Assembly: GCA_951406725.2 (NCBI GenBank)
Contig: OX597821.1
Span: 11,718,001-11,782,000 of the forward strand
Length of the DNA: 64,000 bases
DNA from: Octopus vulgaris
Taxonomy: Eukaryota
Direction of reading: 5' to 3'
Shown here: positions 58,690 to 64,000 of the stretch, in pieces
Layout: each line of letters starts with the position of its first letter
Numbering within the stretch: the stretch's first letter is position 1
Made by a program: the position numbers and the translations under genes
The notes under the pieces: generated by a model
What the model was told of the DNA's origin: nothing
Databases searched by the model: none
What the model saw: the letters and a program-made list of their open reading frames with translations, nothing else

Positions 58690-59110
58690 CTTGGCACAAG
58701 GCCCGAAATATTTGGGGAGGGGGGCGCTAATCAATTAGATCGATCCCAGTACGCAACTGGTACTTAATTTTTTGACCCCGTAAGAATGAAAGGCAAAGTC
58801 CAGCTCGGTGGAATTTAAACTCAGAACGTAAAGTCAGACGAAATACCACTAAGCATTTTCGATGGCGTGCTAACCTTTCTTATTTTTTTATTGCCCACAA
58901 GGGGCTAAACATAGAGAAGAAAAACAAGGACAGACAAAGATATGAAGTCGATTACATTGACCCCAGTGCGTAACTGTTACTTTATTTATCGACCCCCGAA
59001 AGAACGAAAGGCAAAGTCGACCTCGGTGTAATTTGAACTCAGGATGTAAATGTACAGACGAAATACCGCAAAGCATTTTCGCCCGGCGTGCTAACGTTTC
59101 TGCCAACTTC
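58690..59110 (-). mobile_element. Two adjacent or nested family C SINEs (58690-58880, 58885-59110)
   Basis: Both contain ccagt.cg.aactg.tactt..gaaaggcaaagtc..ctcgg..aactcag..gacgaaatacc. Confidence 0.8.
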
Positions 59111-59864
59111 CTGCCTTTGATATCTCATATACTGAGAGACCTATGGCAATAGAACACCTGCCAACGTTGCAGACCTGCAAACCTTACCAGCTGGAAACGC
59201 ACAGTTACAAATTTCGTCTATCACCTATACTTCTCACCATGCAGATCTGGTCCTGAAGGAAGAGTCAGGAAAGCGCTAGTGACAACATGGAAGCACAAGA
59301 AGACGACGATCTCTATGCATAAATGCATGCATGTATGTATGTATGTATGTATGTATGTATGTATGTATGTATGTATGTATGTACGTATGTATGTATGCAT
59401 GTATGCGCCTATCTATCTACCATGTATGTATGTGTGTGCATGTGTATTTATATATATATATATATAATATGTCATTCATATATATCTATTTATATTTATA
59501 TGTATATATATGTGTGTGGTTTTTTATGTGTGTGTATGTATGTGTTTGTGCGCGTGTATGTGCACGTGTGTATTTGTGCATATGTGTGTGCATTTCAAAA
59601 GAAATTTATTTATTTTCAATCGATAATTCGTAACTCCCTTTAAGTGGATATAAGAAAGTAATAAGTTATATTGCCAAGAATATGGGCGCTAATGCAAAGC
59701 TCAATAATTTTCATATATAGATAGATTTGTAATTAAAAGAAACCATATAAAGAAATAATAATGAAGGAACAGAATCATTAACGGCACTGACAACAACAAT
59801 AAAGGCCTTCTCCTCTCCTTCTCCTCTACCGAATATTAGTAATAATAAAAACGACAATATTAAC

Positions 59865-59891
59865 AATAATGATAAAAGTAATGATAATGAC

Positions 59892-59971
<80 letters not shown>

Positions 59972-59979
59972 TAATAATG

Positions 59980-60076
<97 letters not shown>

Positions 60077-60078
60077 TC

Positions 60079-60163
<85 letters not shown>

Positions 60164-60200
60164 TGATGATGATGATGATAATAATAATAAATATAATATT
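59865..60200. repeat. (TAA)n microsatellite
   Basis: Direct reading. Confidence 0.97.
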
Positions 60201-60783
60201 CACCAACTGTTCAAAATTAGGGACGAACGTCGTTTTCCATAAGCCTATATCAGATTAATGATCCTCTCCCAATTTGATGAAATAATTATTTATCGTCACA
60301 AAATGAGGTAATTATATAATTTATAATATAATAATTATTATTTATCCTCGTTTGGTGCTGAACATGTGCTTACGGTGTATATATATATATATATATATAT
60401 GTATGAATGTTTATATACACATGCATATGCATGTATACACATATATACACACATATATATGTATATATATATGTTCATTTGTGTGTGCGTATATGCGTGT
60501 GCGTGTGTGTGTTTGTGTTTGTATAGCTAATATAGTTTGCAATAAGTAATTTGTGACAGCCAGGTGGTAACGAACTTTCTATTGTCACACTCAATTTCGT
60601 TCACCCCAGCCTATAACTAATGTGCGCCAATTTAATGAATGGCAAAGCTAATCATATTTTTGAAAGAGGCATATAAAAATGCAATGAAAATAGCTGAACG
60701 TATCATTTCCAGTCACCTTTTACACTTTTACAATAACAAAAATTATACATATAAGTGCACACTGTATATATATGTGTGTGTGT

Positions 60784-60834
<51 letters not shown>

Positions 60835-60839
60835 GAGGG

Positions 60840-60875
<36 letters not shown>

Positions 60876-61011
60876 GAAGGAATGTGAGAGAAATAAAGAA
60901 TGTATGTGAATTCACGTGGGTACAAGATCCCTTAATTTGTGTTTGTGTAGTTTTCGTTTCAACCTTCTCGGTTTGTTTACTCACTAAATAAGTGTATACA
61001 CGCACACACAC

Positions 61012-61087
<76 letters not shown>

Positions 61088-61089
<2 letters not shown>

Positions 61090-61297
61090 CAAAATGTGAC
61101 CTCGTGTGTACCGTTGGCGATTTTTTTTCCTCTGTCTTCCCTTTTCTGGATCTGTCTCTCTCCTGTTTCCGACGAAGAGCTCCGCTCGAAACGTTAAACC
61201 CTCCTTCTTTCCTTCTTTCCTGAGCGTCCAATAATACTATTTTTGTTCCATGTCCTCGCGTTGCTGTGTTTTGTTGTGCTTCCTTGTTTGGATTAAC
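61088..61297 (+). mobile_element. Penelope-like terminal fragment between (TA)n tracts
   Basis: Homologous to 43507-43706 (minus); contains a minimal hammerhead-like motif. Confidence 0.7.
61165..61199 (+). ncRNA. Minimal hammerhead-like motif (variant core CCGACGA, no stem III loop)
   Basis: Stem I gttt/aaac; CCGACGA-a; stem II gagc-tcc-gctc; GAAAC-GTT, where aacgtt is palindromic. Confidence 0.6.
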
Positions 61298-63300
61298 TAT
61301 ATATATATATATTTGTGCACAGCAACTTGCGTGCTATAATTCTTTTTACCAGCGTCTCTACCAGTTGAAAATCTATGTTTGCAAAATGCATGTAAATCGG
61401 TATACACAAATTTGCATGTAAATATATAAATTGTATGCGCAAAATTGAACACCGGTTTTGCGCATTTCGTACTGAAGAGAGAGCTGATGGGAAATTCAAC
61501 ACCAAAATCGGAATGTAACATGAGAATTTAACTATATTCTGTTGGCATCACTACAAAGGACACAGGATCTGTAATTTAAAATTCTACTGAATGTTTTTAA
61601 AAATTTGTGAATCTTTTTCTCATCTTGGTTCGTAATGCCCGTATTTGTTTTTGGAATTTATATTTAGCCCTTGTTTCATACAATCCGAATATCATCAGAG
61701 GTCCCTTTCATGAGTTCCAAGTTACTGTTGCTTTTGAAAACTTTGGAGATGTATATCATATAAGAAGCTTGGACGTCAAGGAAATATGCGTCCGATATAT
61801 GACATTTGATACATAAGTTAAGGAAATCCCTAATCAAATTTTACTGACGGATAACGACAGCACCCATAATAGAAACTTTCCAAATTTCCGATATGGGTGG
61901 GAGAAAGAAAAAAAAAGATATTCTGAAACTAAAGCCTTGGCTATTATCCTTCAAGTGTGTGAGCGCCGTTAAATTCATCAACGGATCAATGATGGGGATG
62001 TAAAGATAAGTAGCAGATTAAATCTACTACGCGCGTATTCAGAACGAAAATACCGAATCAAATTCCGCAAAACATATTGTTCTACAGTGTAAAAATTTCT
62101 GCCTGTTTTCTACCCTCTCCAATCCGAAAAAATGTATGGCAAAGTTGACATCGATGGGGTCTGAAGCTACAGTGCAGGGAACCGGTACAACTACAGCAAA
62201 GTGATTTGCCTTTCATTTCGAAAATTCATCTAATGCACTACATATTTTCTGTTACAGATCTTACCGGGTCTATTTTCTCTTCTCATTTTCATTACATAAA
62301 GTGAAATATTGCAGCGTTTGCCCTCCAATTCATACACTTTTACAGTAGTTATTGTTGTCATTAATTACTGAATAAAAGGCAACGAATAGTTTTCACTAAC
62401 TAAGTTAGTGAATGGACACTTCCATTTGACATTATATATATATCCTTAATTGTTAGGGAGTGAATTTTAATGTCGTTTATAAGATCATGTTTGTTATAAA
62501 ACCGCTATATAATATGTTTACCTAAAATTCCCTACTGTCGAGTTGAAACAGAGAACTTGTGAACGAGAAACTTCTGAACCAGTCGGCCATAGTGCACCAA
62601 CAATGCATACACTCACGTACACAACCTTGCATATGCACACATACACACACACACACGCACGTTTATATACATATACAAAAACGTACGCAGGTACATGCAG
62701 GTATATATCGAGATACTCATTAAAATTATATAGAATTTCTCGACACGTTACTTGTAAATAATTTGTACACATTATGTGAAACGAGAGCATTTGCTTTTAG
62801 GATTTCTGCTTGCTGAAAATTACTCAACATGTTGATGTAGGAAAAGCTGCACTGATTAAAGGAAATTATAATTTGATAAACTGACAAACCTTTTGACAGG
62901 TTTCATAGGATGACATTTTTATTCTTCTACTTCAGTATAATACTCAAATCTTAACTCCGAAAGCAATAAATATATTAACAAATGCAAAAAGAATCCCCTC
63001 AGTAGCAAATATGTCAGATAGTAATCAAAGGTGTGACTGATTCATCGAAGCTTTCAGCTATAATTTTTCACTAAAATTTAATAAACTGCAGCGAGGCCTC
63101 GAGATAATTTAAGTTTTAAATGCACACCTTTTAAGACACATTCAAGTAAGCTTTTGAGAGTTGTTTGACGATGAATCATTTCTGATAATGTAAGGAATAT
63201 AAGTGGACCGTAATAGCTACAACATTTTCCTTTCTAAGCTGTGCTCTCTAACTAAAACTGAATACTCTTACACACATGCGTTAGGCACAAAATTGTTCTA

Positions 63301-63369
<69 letters not shown>

Positions 63370-64000
63370 CACACACATTCACACACACTCACACATACAT
63401 ATATGTATATGTGTATGTATGTATATGTACGCAAATATATATATATATATATACTCAGAGAGAGAGAGAGAGAGAGATACATAAATGCATACATACATAC
63501 ATACATGCATACATGCATACATACATACATACATACATATATACATACATATATTCTTATATACATGCATACATACATACATACGTAGATACATACATAC
63601 ATACATACATACTTATATACATACATACATACATACGTAGATACATACATATATACGTACATACATACATACATACATATATACATACATATATACGTAC
63701 ATACATACATACATATATACATATATACATACATATATACATACATACATACGTAGATACATACATACATACATACATAGATAGATACATACATGCATAC
63801 ATACATACATACATACATACATACATACATACGTAGATACATACATACATACATACATATATACATGCATACATACATATATACATACATACATACATAC
63901 ATACGTAGATACATACATACATACATTCATATATACATACATACATACATACGTACATGCATACATACATACATACATACATACATACACTCATACACAC
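63301..64000. repeat. (CA)n, (TA)n, (GA)n and degenerate (ATAC)n microsatellites
   Basis: Direct reading. Confidence 0.95.

Noticed and set aside
61662-61705. Minus-strand CTGATGA..GAAAC
   Set aside because: No cleavage triplet or stem I in register

Overview
AT-rich, microsatellite-saturated eukaryotic non-coding DNA (intergenic or a very large intron). The SINE repertoire and repeat landscape look like an Octopus (coleoid cephalopod) genome; this is inferred from recognition, not from a search. I cannot support any intact host protein-coding gene, and almost all tracked ORFs are translations of (TA)n/(ATAC)n/(TTA)n/(GATA)n repeats. The window holds many copies of about 4 tRNA-derived SINE families that share modules, decayed mariner and Tc1 transposons, Tx1/L1-clade and RTE LINE fragments, a non-autonomous Helitron-like element, a 22-bp minisatellite and a 100-N gap. 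The most striking signal is a set of ORF-less elements that carry type I hammerhead ribozyme motifs, sit in (TA)n tracts and are built as tandem and/or head-to-head inverted copies (Penelope-like pLTR / retrozyme-like architecture). The best example is a near-identical ~548-bp tandem array at 26.05-28.05 kb with four hammerheads. A second notable signal is apparent partitioning of microsatellite types among element families: (TA)n, (GATA)n and (TTA)n.
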